Numbered from the stretch's first letter, positions 17,819-26,798 are shown. The stretch is DNA of 64,000 nucleotides from a virus (IMGVR_UViG_3300021438_000001:39453-103452); one strand, 5' to 3'. The notes: generated by a model not told the origin, from the sequence alone. A program made the numbers and translations.

Positions 17819-20239
17819 ATGAACGATAGTTTTCAAACACCCGCACGGACTTACGCCAAAGGTATTGGTGATGCCGTTGCTGACCGGACAGTGAATCGCA
17901 AGATCACTCGTCCTGTCGAGCCTTATACAAAGACGATTGACCTTCCTCGCCGTGATGACATGGCGCTGGATCATGAAGTTGATGAGTGGTGTAAGTCCAA
18001 TAACCTCGTGATCGAGTCCTATCACGTCAGCTATGGCGACGAGCTGATCGTCCGCTGTGACCTGAAGGTGATCGGCCACGTCGAGGTGGAGAAGTGGGAA
18101 GACGTTGCTCGTCGTGTGGCGACAGGTAACGTGATGCTGCATCCAGAGACTGCCGAGCGTGAGTTCGAGTTCCACGCGATGCACCATCACCTGCGCCAAG
18201 CGTCGATTCTCATGTCCGGTCGCCACCTGCAACACGGTGATGAGAATCAAGCGAGCCGCAACATGGAGGTGTTCACGAACTGCTCGACCGCAGCCTCGAC
18301 CTTCCTGACGTTCTATCTGCTGCTCAACGGCTCCGGTGTCGGTCGCTCCTACGACAACGAAATGATTCGCGCCGACCTGAACAGCTTGCCAATCACGGTT
18401 TGCACCATCGACATGATGCACCCTGATGTGCAGTCAGGCGAGATCGCCGCACTTGACCTGCGTACAGCAAAGCATCTGTATGGCAGCCGCTTCATCGAAG
18501 TGTTCGAAGTGCCTGACAGCCGCGAAGGTTGGGCAAAAGCTATCGAAAAGATGGAAGTTGCCGCATTCAAAGGTCGTCGCAATGAAGTTCTGATTTTGGA
18601 CTTCAGCAAGGTTCGCCATCGCGGTTCGCCAATCGCCGGTATGCAAAACCGTCCTGCGTCTGGCCCTGGCCCAATGATGACTGCCTTGAACAACGTCGCC
18701 AAACTGCGTGACGCCGGTATGGCTCCCTGGCGCGCCGCCATGTACGCCGACCACTACATCGCCGAATGTGTGCTGGTTGGTGGCGCTCGTCGCGCAGCTC
18801 GCATGGCAACGAAGACTTGGAAAGACAAGAACGTGCTGGACTTCATTCATGTCAAGCGCGGTGGCTTCCTCTGGTCTTCGAACAACTCGGTCACTGTGGA
18901 CTCTGAGTTCTGGGCATACGTGAAGGGCGATTTGACTGCGATCAAGGGTGACTACGACCCAGAGGTGCAAGCGCACGCCAAAGCCGTGTTCGACGCATTG
19001 ACTGAAGCTGCCTACTATGACGGTACTGGCGAGCCAGGCATCATTACCGTGGACAAGCTGACTTGGAACGACGAAGGCACTGAGGTGCTGCTTGATGGCA
19101 ATTTCGCTGAGTCCGAGCGTTACAAGCTGGACACCGAAACCCTTGAGCTGACTGCGGTTCTGGCGAAAGCCTGGCTCAACAGCGAATACAAGGTCATCAC
19201 CAACCCATGTGGCGAGATCGTTCTCGGCGCTCTGGGTGGCTACTGCGTGATCGCTGACGTGGTTCCGTTCCACGCTGGCTACCGAGGTGATGGCGCGACC
19301 GCGATCCTGAAGTCCGAATGGGATGACGACGCAGAAGACGCCTTCCGCACCGCGACCCGCGCCTTGATTCGCACTAACCTGATGGACAGCCTGTACTCGA
19401 AAGAGGTCAAGCGAACCAACCGCATCGGCGTTGGCATCACCGGCCTGCATGAGTACGCTTGGGCACGTTTCGGTTACGGCTGGAAGGACATTGTGGATGA
19501 AGTCAAGTCTTTGGACTTCTGGCTCACTCTGTCGCGCTTCAAGCGCGCCGTTCAAGCTGAAGCTGAGAGCTACGCAAAGAGCTTGGGCGTGACGGTTCCG
19601 CACACCAACACTACGATCAAGCCTGCTGGCACCACATCCAAGCTCTTCGGTCTGACTGAAGGCGCTCACCTGGCGTCCATGCGCGAGTTCTTGCGTTGGG
19701 TTCAGTTCCGCAACGACGATCCTCTCATCGACCAGTACCGCGAGTTGGGCTATCCAGTGAAGAAGCTCAAGACCTACTCTGGCACGACCATCGTTGGCTT
19801 CCCCACTGTGCCGACCATCTGCACTCTGGGCATGGGCGACAAGCTGGTCACGGCTGCTGAAGCAACACCGGAAGAGCAATACCAGTACCTGCGCCTGCTT
19901 GAGAAGTATTGGATCACTGGCGTCGAAGAAGACGGCGTGACTCCGCTTCCTGAGCGTGGCAACCAAGTGAGCTACACCCTGAAGTACAACCCCAAGAAGG
20001 TCAGCTTCGAGGAGTTCAAGCGCACTCTGCTGGACGGTCAATCGACTATCCGCTGCTGCTCGGTGATGCCACAAGCTGACACCACAGCCTACGAGTACCA
20101 GCCGGAACAGCCTGTCACCAAGCATGAGTTCGAAATGATCGTGGAAGCGATCAAGGACTCGGAAGAGGTCAAGCAGGACGTGGACTTCGCTCACATCGAC
20201 TGCTCGTCTGGCGCATGTCCGGTGGACTTCAATAAGTGA
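17819..20239 (+). CDS. nrdJ: class II (adenosylcobalamin-dependent) ribonucleotide reductase
   Basis: Active-site NPCGEIVLGALGGYCV motif; C-terminal redox Cys pair CSSGACP; RBS AAAGGAG. Confidence 0.8.
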   Translation: MNDSFQTPARTYAKGIGDAVADRTVNRKITRPVEPYTKTIDLPRRDDMALDHEVDEWCKSNNLVIESYHVSYGDELIVRCDLKVIGHVEVEKWEDVARRVATGNVMLHPETAEREFEFHAMHHHLRQASILMSGRHLQHGDENQASRNMEVFTNCSTAASTFLTFYLLLNGSGVGRSYDNEMIRADLNSLPITVCTIDMMHPDVQSGEIAALDLRTAKHLYGSRFIEVFEVPDSREGWAKAIEKMEVAAFKGRRNEVLILDFSKVRHRGSPIAGMQNRPASGPGPMMTALNNVAKLRDAGMAPWRAAMYADHYIAECVLVGGARRAARMATKTWKDKNVLDFIHVKRGGFLWSSNNSVTVDSEFWAYVKGDLTAIKGDYDPEVQAHAKAVFDALTEAAYYDGTGEPGIITVDKLTWNDEGTEVLLDGNFAESERYKLDTETLELTAVLAKAWLNSEYKVITNPCGEIVLGALGGYCVIADVVPFHAGYRGDGATAILKSEWDDDAEDAFRTATRALIRTNLMDSLYSKEVKRTNRIGVGITGLHEYAWARFGYGWKDIVDEVKSLDFWLTLSRFKRAVQAEAESYAKSLGVTVPHTNTTIKPAGTTSKLFGLTEGAHLASMREFLRWVQFRNDDPLIDQYRELGYPVKKLKTYSGTTIVGFPTVPTICTLGMGDKLVTAAEATPEEQYQYLRLLEKYWITGVEEDGVTPLPERGNQVSYTLKYNPKKVSFEEFKRTLLDGQSTIRCCSVMPQADTTAYEYQPEQPVTKHEFEMIVEAIKDSEEVKQDVDFAHIDCSSGACPVDFNK

Positions 20240-20349
20240 AACGATGGCGTGATCGCTTCAACACCCTGAAAGGGGTGTTGGAGTTCACCACCTGTCTGTT
20301 CATCATTGCCGGAGTGATCCGGCATTGGTGATTCAACAAGGGGAAAGCA

Positions 20350-20475
20350 ATGAACGAAGATGGTTTGGACGTACCGACACCTGAACAAGAAGCTGCACAA
20401 GAGCGCCAATCGCACGATGCGTTCGACGACATTGCACAGCAATTGGCTCGCTACGGGGCAGCAATGACGCGCTGA
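20350..20475 (+). CDS. hypothetical small acidic protein (41 aa)
   Basis: ATG preceded by AAGGGGAAAG; not in the track (<60 aa). Confidence 0.3.
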   Translation: MNEDGLDVPTPEQEAAQERQSHDAFDDIAQQLARYGAAMTR

Positions 20476-20567
20476 CAAGCGGTCGAACAGGCAAGTTGAG
20501 CGGATAAGTCATGAGTGACTTGCATTCCCGTCAAAACTTATATAAGATTACGACATTGAAAGATTGA

Positions 20568-20644
20568 AGCGGGTTAGCTCAGTTGGTTAGAGCGCCGGAT
20601 TCATAATCCGGAGGCCGCAGGTTCGAGTCCTGTGCCCGCAACCA
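20568..20644 (+). tRNA. tRNA-Met (anticodon CAT; could be Ile-lysidine type)
   Basis: Cloverleaf read by hand: D arm GCTCAGTTGGTTAGAGC, anticodon loop TTCATAA, T arm GCAGGTTCGAGTCCTGT, 3' ACCA; position 1:72 is an A-A mismatch. Confidence 0.7.
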
Positions 20645-20645
20645 T

Positions 20646-20721
20646 TCCCTAGTAGCTCAGTTGGTAGAGCAATGGACTGTTAATCCATGTGTCGGTGGTT
20701 CGAACCCACCCTGGGGAGCCA
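20646..20721 (+). tRNA. tRNA-Asn (GTT)
   Basis: Acceptor TCCCTAG/CTGGGGA, anticodon loop CTGTTAA, T loop GGTTCGAAC, 3' GCCA. Confidence 0.8.
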
Positions 20722-20816
20722 TCAAGACTGTTCTCTCTAAGAGGCAACCGTCCCGCAGCGCGAGTCGTACCGTGCCGCATCGACTAACGCCCACCAGAGA
20801 ACAGCCTTGATGGAAC
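20722..20816 (+). ncRNA. structured spacer element A (candidate stable sRNA)
   Basis: 13-bp closing stem CAAGACTGTTCTC / GAGAACAGCCTTG (one mismatch); internal conserved boxes TCTAAGAGGCAAC and GCCCACCAG shared with element B. Confidence 0.35.
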
Positions 20817-20891
20817 GCTCGGTTCGTCTATCGGTAAGGACACTGGCCTTTCACGTCAGTAAGGCGGGTTCGATTCCCGCACCGAGTACCA
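20817..20891 (+). tRNA. tRNA-Glu (TTC)
   Basis: Acceptor GCTCGGT/ACCGAGT (G1-U72), anticodon loop CTTTCAC, T arm GCGGGTTCGATTCCCGC, 3' ACCA. Confidence 0.75.
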
Positions 20892-20894
20892 GTT

Positions 20895-20971
20895 CGGAGA
20901 TTAGCGCAGTCTGGTAGCGCATCTGCTTTGGGAGCAGAGGGTCGTAGGTTCGAATCCTACATCTCCGACCA
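20895..20971 (+). tRNA. tRNA-Pro (TGG)
   Basis: Acceptor CGGAGAT/ATCTCCG, D arm GCGCAGTCTGGTAGCGC, anticodon loop TTTGGGA, 3' ACCA. Confidence 0.8.
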
Positions 20972-21063
20972 TGAAGTTTGGTCACTCTAAGAGGCAACGG
21001 CTAGGTTCCCTGATTCTGATTCGGGGAGGCGATGTTAAGCCCACCAGTGACCAAACTTGATGG
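20972..21063 (+). ncRNA. structured spacer element B (paralog of A; candidate stable sRNA)
   Basis: Perfect 12-bp closing stem AAGTTTGGTCAC / GTGACCAAACTT; same CTCTAAGAGGCAAC and GCCCACCAG boxes as A; ends ...CTTGATGG like A. Confidence 0.35.
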
Positions 21064-21150
21064 GTAGATAGACTTGTAGGGGGCAAGAGCGGACTGTAAA
21101 TCCGTTGTTCTGCGGAACCCCACTGGCTCGACTCCAGTTCTGCCCACCAC
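21063..21150 (+). tRNA. tRNA-Tyr-like (GTA) with long variable arm, irregular 5' half; possible pseudogene
   Basis: Clean anticodon arm GCGGA-CTGTAAA-TCCGT, variable hairpin GTTCtgcgGAAC, T arm ACTGGctcgactCCAGT and 3' TCTGCCC-A-CCA. No 5' strand pairs with the 3' acceptor: GGGCAGA is needed but GGTAGAT/GGGCAAG is found. Confidence 0.3.
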
Positions 21151-21226
21151 GCCACCTTAGCTCAGTTGGTAGAGCAGCTGCCTTGTAAGCAGAAGGTCTG
21201 GGGTTCGATTCCTCAAGGTGGCACCA
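21151..21226 (+). tRNA. tRNA-Thr (TGT)
   Basis: Acceptor GCCACCT/AGGTGGC, anticodon loop CTTGTAA, T arm TGGGGTTCGATTCCTCA, 3' ACCA. Confidence 0.8.
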
Positions 21227-21328
21227 TCATGAGTGAAGACTTCTGGGTTCGATTCCCAGGGGACGGGTGAAACTAAAACGGCTAACTACCGACCTATCCC
21301 GAGCTGGACGAAAGTCTTCACCCATGAT
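21227..21328 (+). ncRNA. structured spacer element C (candidate sRNA or tRNA-derived remnant)
   Basis: 15-bp closing stem CATGAGTGAAGACTT / AAGTCTTCACCCATG (one mismatch); contains a perfect tRNA T-arm-like hairpin CTGGGTTCGATTCCCAG; ends ...CATGATGG. Confidence 0.3.
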
Positions 21329-21404
<76 letters not shown>

Positions 21405-21405
21405 A

Positions 21406-21490
21406 GCCCAGGTGGTGAAATTGGTAGACGCAACAGCTTCAGGTGCTGTCGCCGCAAGGCGTGCCGGTTCGAGTCCGGCTCTGGGCACCA
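21406..21490 (+). tRNA. tRNA-Leu (CAG), type II
   Basis: Acceptor GCCCAGG/TCTGGGC, anticodon arm ACAGC-TTCAGGT-GCTGT, long variable arm, discriminator A, CCA. Confidence 0.8.
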
Positions 21491-21491
21491 C

Positions 21492-21576
21492 GCGCTCGTG
21501 GTGGAATTGGTAGACACGCTGTCTTGAGGTGGCAGTGCCGAAAGGTGTGGGAGTTCGAGTCTCCCCGAGCGCACCA
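21492..21576 (+). tRNA. tRNA-Leu (GAG), type II
   Basis: Acceptor GCGCTCG/CGAGCGC, anticodon arm CTGTC-TTGAGGT-GGCAG (anticodon GAG), long variable arm, discriminator A, CCA. Confidence 0.7.
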
Positions 21577-21670
21577 AATTTTGAAGCAATGCCGTTGCGT
21601 TGCCTGCTGATTTAGCAGAGTCCATCGCTACAATGTATAAGTCACGAGTGACATTCAAGAAGGAGAAACT

Positions 21671-22084
21671 ATGACAAACCCCAACCCAAGCCACCCGCAA
21701 GCGGTCGCAGCTTTGGCTCGCGCCAAGCAACGCGATCTTGAGCGCCGCGCTGAACGCGCAACCATCGAGGAGGCCCGCGAAGCTGGCATTCGATTCGTGG
21801 AGGTGACTCCGCAGAGCTTCAGCTTCTCTGACACCGGCCCCATCAAGGCTGGTCGCATGACCATCGCCTACCGCGAACGTGGTCGCAACATCGTGGAAGT
21901 GTCCACGTCGATCTGCCACCGCGCAGACGAGTTTAACAAGTCCACTGGTCGCGCTCTCGCTGGCTTGGGTCTGCTGAATGGTCAGTCGATTCTGCTCCGC
22001 AAGCCGCGCTTCGACCCGAACCGCCACATCACCACGAAGAACTGGCTGATCGGCACGTTCACCTTCACGGCGGACGAGCAATGA
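21671..22084 (+). CDS. hypothetical protein
   Basis: 137-aa ORF; RBS AAGGAGAAA; follows an ATAAGTCAcgagTGAC box. Confidence 0.45.
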   Translation: MTNPNPSHPQAVAALARAKQRDLERRAERATIEEAREAGIRFVEVTPQSFSFSDTGPIKAGRMTIAYRERGRNIVEVSTSICHRADEFNKSTGRALAGLGLLNGQSILLRKPRFDPNRHITTKNWLIGTFTFTADEQ

Positions 22085-22569
22085 ATAGCATCCGCATCAC
22101 GGCAGCAGCCGTCATTGCCCTGAGCCTCGCTGCTTGCAGCGATCACAAAGAGCGCGAAGCTCTGCCTCAACAGCAGTACGCGCCTCAACAGCAAGCACCC
22201 GTTGCCGCAGCTCCTGCGCCAGCCCCTCAACAGGTGGTCGTGCAGCAAGCCCCGCAGCAAGACAACAGCGCCACCAACATGCTCATTGGCGGCATGGTGG
22301 GCTACATGATGGGTCGTTCGAACTCGCCTTCGACGCCTTCATACCAGTCGGCCCCTCAGCAAGTGGTCGTCCACAAAACCATCGTCAACAAGACGGTGGT
22401 TCAAGAGGCTCCGAAGCCAGCTCCGGCACCTGTCACCGCACCTGCGCCAGCTCCCAAGCCCGCACCTGCACCCGCGCCGGCACCGAGCTTCAAGCCTGCA
22501 AACACGGGGTATAGCCACTCGTCTATGTCCTCGTCTCGTCCATCCCCGTCCTCTTACGGACGCAAATAA
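22081..22569 (+). CDS. putative lipoprotein with Pro/Ala-rich (PAPAP) repeats
   Basis: Signal peptide with lipobox LSLAAC; Q/P/A-rich low complexity. Confidence 0.5.
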   Translation: MNSIRITAAAVIALSLAACSDHKEREALPQQQYAPQQQAPVAAAPAPAPQQVVVQQAPQQDNSATNMLIGGMVGYMMGRSNSPSTPSYQSAPQQVVVHKTIVNKTVVQEAPKPAPAPVTAPAPAPKPAPAPAPAPSFKPANTGYSHSSMSSSRPSPSSYGRK

Positions 22570-22578
22570 GGAGAACCT

Positions 22579-23064
22579 ATGAGTGAAATCAAACTGGGTT
22601 GTATCGCCATTGACCAGGCTTCGGGCTTCGAAGGCACGGTCATTTCCAAGCTCGAAGCGTTCAATGGCAACGTGCAGTACGGTCTTCAGCCCAAAGCTGC
22701 AAAGAGTGCCGACAAGCTGCCGGAAGCGTGGAACTTCGATGCCGCACTGGTGAAGTTCAAAGCAAAGGGCATCAGCGAGCAGGCGACAACGCCTCAAGCG
22801 ACCGACATCCAAATCGGCGATGAAGTCGAGGACATCATCAGCGGCCACAAGGGTATCGCGTCGAGCAAGACGACCTTCCTGAACGGCTGCGTTTACTTCG
22901 ATGTGGTCAAGCCCGCGAACGACGCCAAGAAGATCGAATCGACCGCGATGTTCATTTCCTGCGTCCGTCTGAAGAAGGTCAGCAAGACTCCGCTCAAGCC
23001 TCTCGTGCCCAAGAACGAGAAGCCCACTGGCGGCCCCGCAACCCGTGCGATGCGAGCCTGCTGA
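22579..23064 (+). CDS. hypothetical protein
   Basis: 161-aa ORF; RBS AAGGAGAAC. Confidence 0.45.
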   Translation: MSEIKLGCIAIDQASGFEGTVISKLEAFNGNVQYGLQPKAAKSADKLPEAWNFDAALVKFKAKGISEQATTPQATDIQIGDEVEDIISGHKGIASSKTTFLNGCVYFDVVKPANDAKKIESTAMFISCVRLKKVSKTPLKPLVPKNEKPTGGPATRAMRAC

Positions 23065-23894
23065 TGACGATCATTACTGCCAAGGTCATCGAAGATTCGG
23101 TCGCGGCAGATACCGGAGTTCGCCTCACCACGATGCAGCTCCAGTACCCGCGCTTCGTTCACGCTGAGTTCATGACCCATCGTGTGTTCAGCCGCAACGC
23201 CAGCTCCAGTCGAGCCATCCCTGTCTCCAAGGTGATTGAGCAGGTTCGCAACGATCCGGCAATGCCTGTTCACTGGGGTAAGAACCAGCCAGGCATGCAG
23301 GCTCGTGAGGAGTTGGACCATGATGATCAGCAAAAGGCCGTGACTCTGTGGCGACGCGCCGCGAACGAAGCTGCCGACACTGCGGAAATGATGATGAACC
23401 TCGGCCTGCACAAGCAGGTTGCCAACCGCATTCTGGAACCCTTCCAGTACATGCACGTCATCATGTCCAGCACTGAATGGGACAACTTCTACGAGCTGCG
23501 TGACCACGAGGACGCTGACCCCAACATCTTTGCGCTGGCGAAGGTGATGCGTGTCGCCCAAGAGCGTTCTGAGCCGTCGATTCGCTTCGAAAACGACTGG
23601 CATCTGCCTTACGTCTCTCGCGCCGAACGCCTGGAACACTACGGCAACTTCGAGTTGCTCCTGAAGCTCTCGGCTGCTCGTTGCGCTCGTGTGTCTTACC
23701 TGACCCATGACGGTAAAGAGCCAGAGATCGAGAAGGACATTGCGCTCTATGAACGCCTCGTCGGTGGCCGTCCGCTCCATGCGTCGCCCATCGAACATCA
23801 AGCCACTCCGCTTCTGTCTGCCGACCAGTGGTCAGGCAACTTCAGAGGCTGGATGCAGAACCGTCAAATTGTGGAATCAGGAATGAAGCAATGA
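23064..23894 (+). CDS. thyX: flavin-dependent thymidylate synthase (ThyX-like)
   Basis: HAEFMTHRVFSRNASSSRA resembles the ThyX RHR-x7-S signature block; sits in a nucleotide-metabolism context. Confidence 0.55.
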   Translation: MTIITAKVIEDSVAADTGVRLTTMQLQYPRFVHAEFMTHRVFSRNASSSRAIPVSKVIEQVRNDPAMPVHWGKNQPGMQAREELDHDDQQKAVTLWRRAANEAADTAEMMMNLGLHKQVANRILEPFQYMHVIMSSTEWDNFYELRDHEDADPNIFALAKVMRVAQERSEPSIRFENDWHLPYVSRAERLEHYGNFELLLKLSAARCARVSYLTHDGKEPEIEKDIALYERLVGGRPLHASPIEHQATPLLSADQWSGNFRGWMQNRQIVESGMKQ

Positions 23895-24076
23895 ACTTTA
23901 GAACCATCTTCGCACTCGCTTGGCTCGCCATCATCATCACTGGTGCTGTGGGCTGGTGTTTCAACATCGGCGCAATCATCGCTGCCGACTTCTCACACGT
24001 CACGGGACTGATCGTCCTTCGACTGATCGGCGTGTTCGTCGCGCCACTCGGGGCTTTCTTGGGTCTGTTCATCTGA
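23891..24076 (+). CDS. small membrane protein (2 TM)
   Basis: ATGA-coupled to thyX; hydrophobic 61-aa product. Confidence 0.35.
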   Translation: MNFRTIFALAWLAIIITGAVGWCFNIGAIIAADFSHVTGLIVLRLIGVFVAPLGAFLGLFI

Positions 24077-24127
24077 CCCAGATTTCCATCGCTAAACTGC
24101 ATAAGTCATCACTGACATAAAGGAGAA

Positions 24128-24382
24128 ATGATGCTTTCACTCTTGAACCCCAAACGCACAGTCGCAGACGTGATGAGCGCCTTCACACAGGCAATCGCCG
24201 ATCTGCAAACCGTGGCTGACAACCAGACCGCCGAAGCCGAGCGCCAGGGCGAGATCGCTGCACAAGCTACTCGCGCCCAAGTCGAGGCTGCTTCGGAAGC
24301 TGAGAAAGCCCGCAACGTCAAAGCCAAGCTCGACGCAATCGTCAACCCCGCTGCGGCAGACAAGTTCGCCCCAGTCGAATAA
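24128..24382 (+). CDS. hypothetical protein (Ala/Gln-rich, coiled-coil)
   Basis: RBS AAAGGAGAAATG; preceded by an ATAAGTCAtcacTGACA box. Confidence 0.5.
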   Translation: MMLSLLNPKRTVADVMSAFTQAIADLQTVADNQTAEAERQGEIAAQATRAQVEAASEAEKARNVKAKLDAIVNPAAADKFAPVE

Positions 24383-24389
24383 AGAACCT

Positions 24390-25004
24390 ATGGACTCCCT
24401 CGAATACAACCGCCGCGCTCTCCTGACCGAGAGCAAGCCGACCGAACTCAACTTCGGTGAGATCGGCCTGCACATCCTTCTGAACGCCGCAATCAACATG
24501 GGCGAGATCATGAACATCGCCAAGCGCACCATGTTCTACGGCAAGGAGTTCGATGCTGTGAAGGTGCGTACTCTGGCCGAAGCTCAAGCTGGCTATGCCC
24601 AATTGATCTACGAACTGTCGGACAAGCTGGCTCAGAAGAACGACAAGGGCGACTACGACGCGCTGCCTGATGAGGCTCGCAACATCGACGCCAAGAACGT
24701 GAACATGCGCCTGCTGCACTGCTCTGTCGGCATCAACACCGAGTCCACCGAGCTGCTGGAAGCAATGCGCGATCAGCTTGAGGGCAAGCCTTTCGACAAG
24801 GTGAACTTCGCTGAAGAACTGGGTGATGTGGATTGGTACAAGCAGGTGGGTCACGCCGAGACTGGCGTTCCTGAGTCCGAGACTCGCGCCAAGAACGTCG
24901 CCAAGCTGGAGCTGCGCAACAAGGGTCAGACCTTCAACGCCGAAGCCACGATCAACCGCGATCACGCTGCCGAACGTGCAGTGCTGGAAGGCAAGACTGA
25001 ATGA
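24390..25004 (+). CDS. MazG-like nucleoside triphosphate pyrophosphohydrolase
   Basis: All-alpha NTP-PPase motifs: E..ELLEAM and EELGDVDWY. Confidence 0.55.
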   Translation: MDSLEYNRRALLTESKPTELNFGEIGLHILLNAAINMGEIMNIAKRTMFYGKEFDAVKVRTLAEAQAGYAQLIYELSDKLAQKNDKGDYDALPDEARNIDAKNVNMRLLHCSVGINTESTELLEAMRDQLEGKPFDKVNFAEELGDVDWYKQVGHAETGVPESETRAKNVAKLELRNKGQTFNAEATINRDHAAERAVLEGKTE

Positions 25005-25636
25005 AGTTTGGCCGTCTGACTGTGTTGGGCGAATTGCCCAACCGATCTAAAGATGGCCGAATTATGTGGCGCTGTCTTTGCGAGTGTGGAGCAACCATTG
25101 AGCGCACAGCAAAGACAGTCCGCACAGGTAACACGAAGTCCTGCGGCTGCATCAACAAGGAGCGCCTGACGCTTCGGAACAAGGCTGGTGCGAAGCATGG
25201 GATGAGCAACACGCCAACCTTCAATGTCTGGACGAATATGAAGGAGCGATGCCTCAACCCAAACCACAATTCCTACCACCGCTACGGCGGTCGCGGAATC
25301 ACCATCTGCGACAGGTGGCTAGAGTCCTTTCAGAACTTCTACGACGACATGGGGCCGATGCCCGAAGGCATGTCCATTGATCGCGTGGATGTCGATGGCG
25401 ACTACGAACCTTCCAACTGCCGTTGGGCAACGTCGGAAGAACAGTCGAATAACAGAGCGAACAATCGCGTTCTGGAGTTCAAAGGGCGAAAACAAACAAT
25501 CGCACAGTGGGCAAGAGAAGTTGGGGTATCGAAAGAGGCTCTGCGCTACCGCTTGAACGCTGGCTGGAGTGCAGAGGAGGCACTGACAATGAAGATCGAC
25601 TACGCCAACAACAACCACTGGAAGGCCGCAGCATGA
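25001..25636 (+). mobile_element. free-standing HNH-type homing-endonuclease-like gene
   Basis: Characteristic phage HNH block KERCLNPNHNSYHRYGGRGITICDRW..F..DMGP.P.G.SIDRVDVDGDYEPSNCRWAT..EQ..N; Cys cluster CLCECG...KSCGC; inserted between MazG and a P-loop kinase. Confidence 0.5.
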
Positions 25637-26265
25637 TCGGTCTTTGCGGCGCGCACAGATGTGGCAAGACAACGCTGGCTCGTGAGTATGCAGACCGCAA
25701 TCACGTTCCTTTTGTCGAGACTTCGGTAAGCGCCATCTTTCGAGAGCTTGGCTACGACCCTGCTGTCACCTACGACTTCGAGACACGGATGACGATCCAA
25801 GAGGAAATCTTGGTTCGCATCGACAAGCGTCTTGGAGAGTTCGCAGGGACTGAGTTCATCACTGACCGGACGCCGATTGATATGGCTGCATATCTGTTGG
25901 CAGAAGCGGTGGGTGACTCGGTTCCTGACCATGTGCAGTATCGGGTCGAACGCTACGTCGCAGCCTGCTTCGGTGTCACGAATCGACGCTTCGGCGTCAT
26001 CGTGCTGGTTCAGCCTGGTATCCAGCTCGTGCATGAAGAGGGCAAGGCCGCGATGAACACCGCCTACATCGAGCATCTGAACTCCTTGATGCTCGGTCTG
26101 TCATGCGACGAACGCCTGCACAGCGCCAATTTCTATCTGCCTCGCGCAACGACTGATCTTGGCCGACGCATCAAGGCGCTCGAAGCATCGGTTGCTCGCT
26201 CCAAGCAAGCCGTGTCGAACGACTACGAGAACCGCAAAGCGCAGGGAGATTTCAATCTGCACTAG
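25633..26265 (+). CDS. P-loop NTPase, probable (deoxy)nucleotide kinase
   Basis: Walker A GAHRCGKTTLA near the N-terminus; ATGA-coupled; track start at 25507 over-extended. Confidence 0.45.
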   Translation: MIGLCGAHRCGKTTLAREYADRNHVPFVETSVSAIFRELGYDPAVTYDFETRMTIQEEILVRIDKRLGEFAGTEFITDRTPIDMAAYLLAEAVGDSVPDHVQYRVERYVAACFGVTNRRFGVIVLVQPGIQLVHEEGKAAMNTAYIEHLNSLMLGLSCDERLHSANFYLPRATTDLGRRIKALEASVARSKQAVSNDYENRKAQGDFNLH

Positions 26266-26341
26266 GGAATAAGTCACGGGTGATAAAAAGCCCGTGACTT
26301 TCTCGCTATGATAAGAGCAAGAGTTATTCAGTGAGGAGATT

Positions 26342-26623
26342 ATGTCCGCTCTACCAACGCTTCAAGAAGAAGTAAACCGCAAAGCCTTCGAAACGATTAC
26401 ATGGCTGACGTTGGCGGTGACACAAAAGAAAATCACACCCGAACAATTCTCCACTGGGATTGATTCGCTGTTCATGGCGGTGTCGGGACTGGTGACGGAC
26501 AAAGACTTCATCATCATCATCACTGAGGCGCAACGCCTTTGTGACGCCGCTAAGACCGCCAAGCCGAAAGAGACGGTCATCCCAGAACAAACAGAAGAAC
26601 CAGCCGACGCAGTGGTTTGGTAG
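26342..26623 (+). CDS. hypothetical protein
   Basis: 93-aa ORF; RBS GAGGAG. Confidence 0.4.
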   Translation: MSALPTLQEEVNRKAFETITWLTLAVTQKKITPEQFSTGIDSLFMAVSGLVTDKDFIIIITEAQRLCDAAKTAKPKETVIPEQTEEPADAVVW

Positions 26624-26633
26624 GAGTAGAAAA

Positions 26634-26798
26634 GTGAAAATCCCGCGCCAAATTTTTTACTCGATTTTAGCCACCCTTATACTTCTCACCATTGAGTTGT
26701 CCAGTCTGGCTCTCGCAATCGGAATTGCAATCGCGTCATCAGGCAAGTCCTTCGGAACAGGTCTGCTCGATTTGTGGAATCCTCGTCACTGGAGCTGA
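26634..26798 (+). CDS. small membrane protein
   Basis: GTG start after an AGGAG RBS; one strong TM helix. Confidence 0.25.
   Translation: MKIPRQIFYSILATLILLTIELSSLALAIGIAIASSGKSFGTGLLDLWNPRHWS

Noticed and set aside
20568-20644. Initiator tRNA-fMet assignment for the CAT tRNA
   Set aside because: It has a 1:72 mismatch but lacks the three consecutive G-C pairs at the base of the anticodon stem (A31-U39 instead); more likely an elongator Met or Ile-lysidine tRNA.
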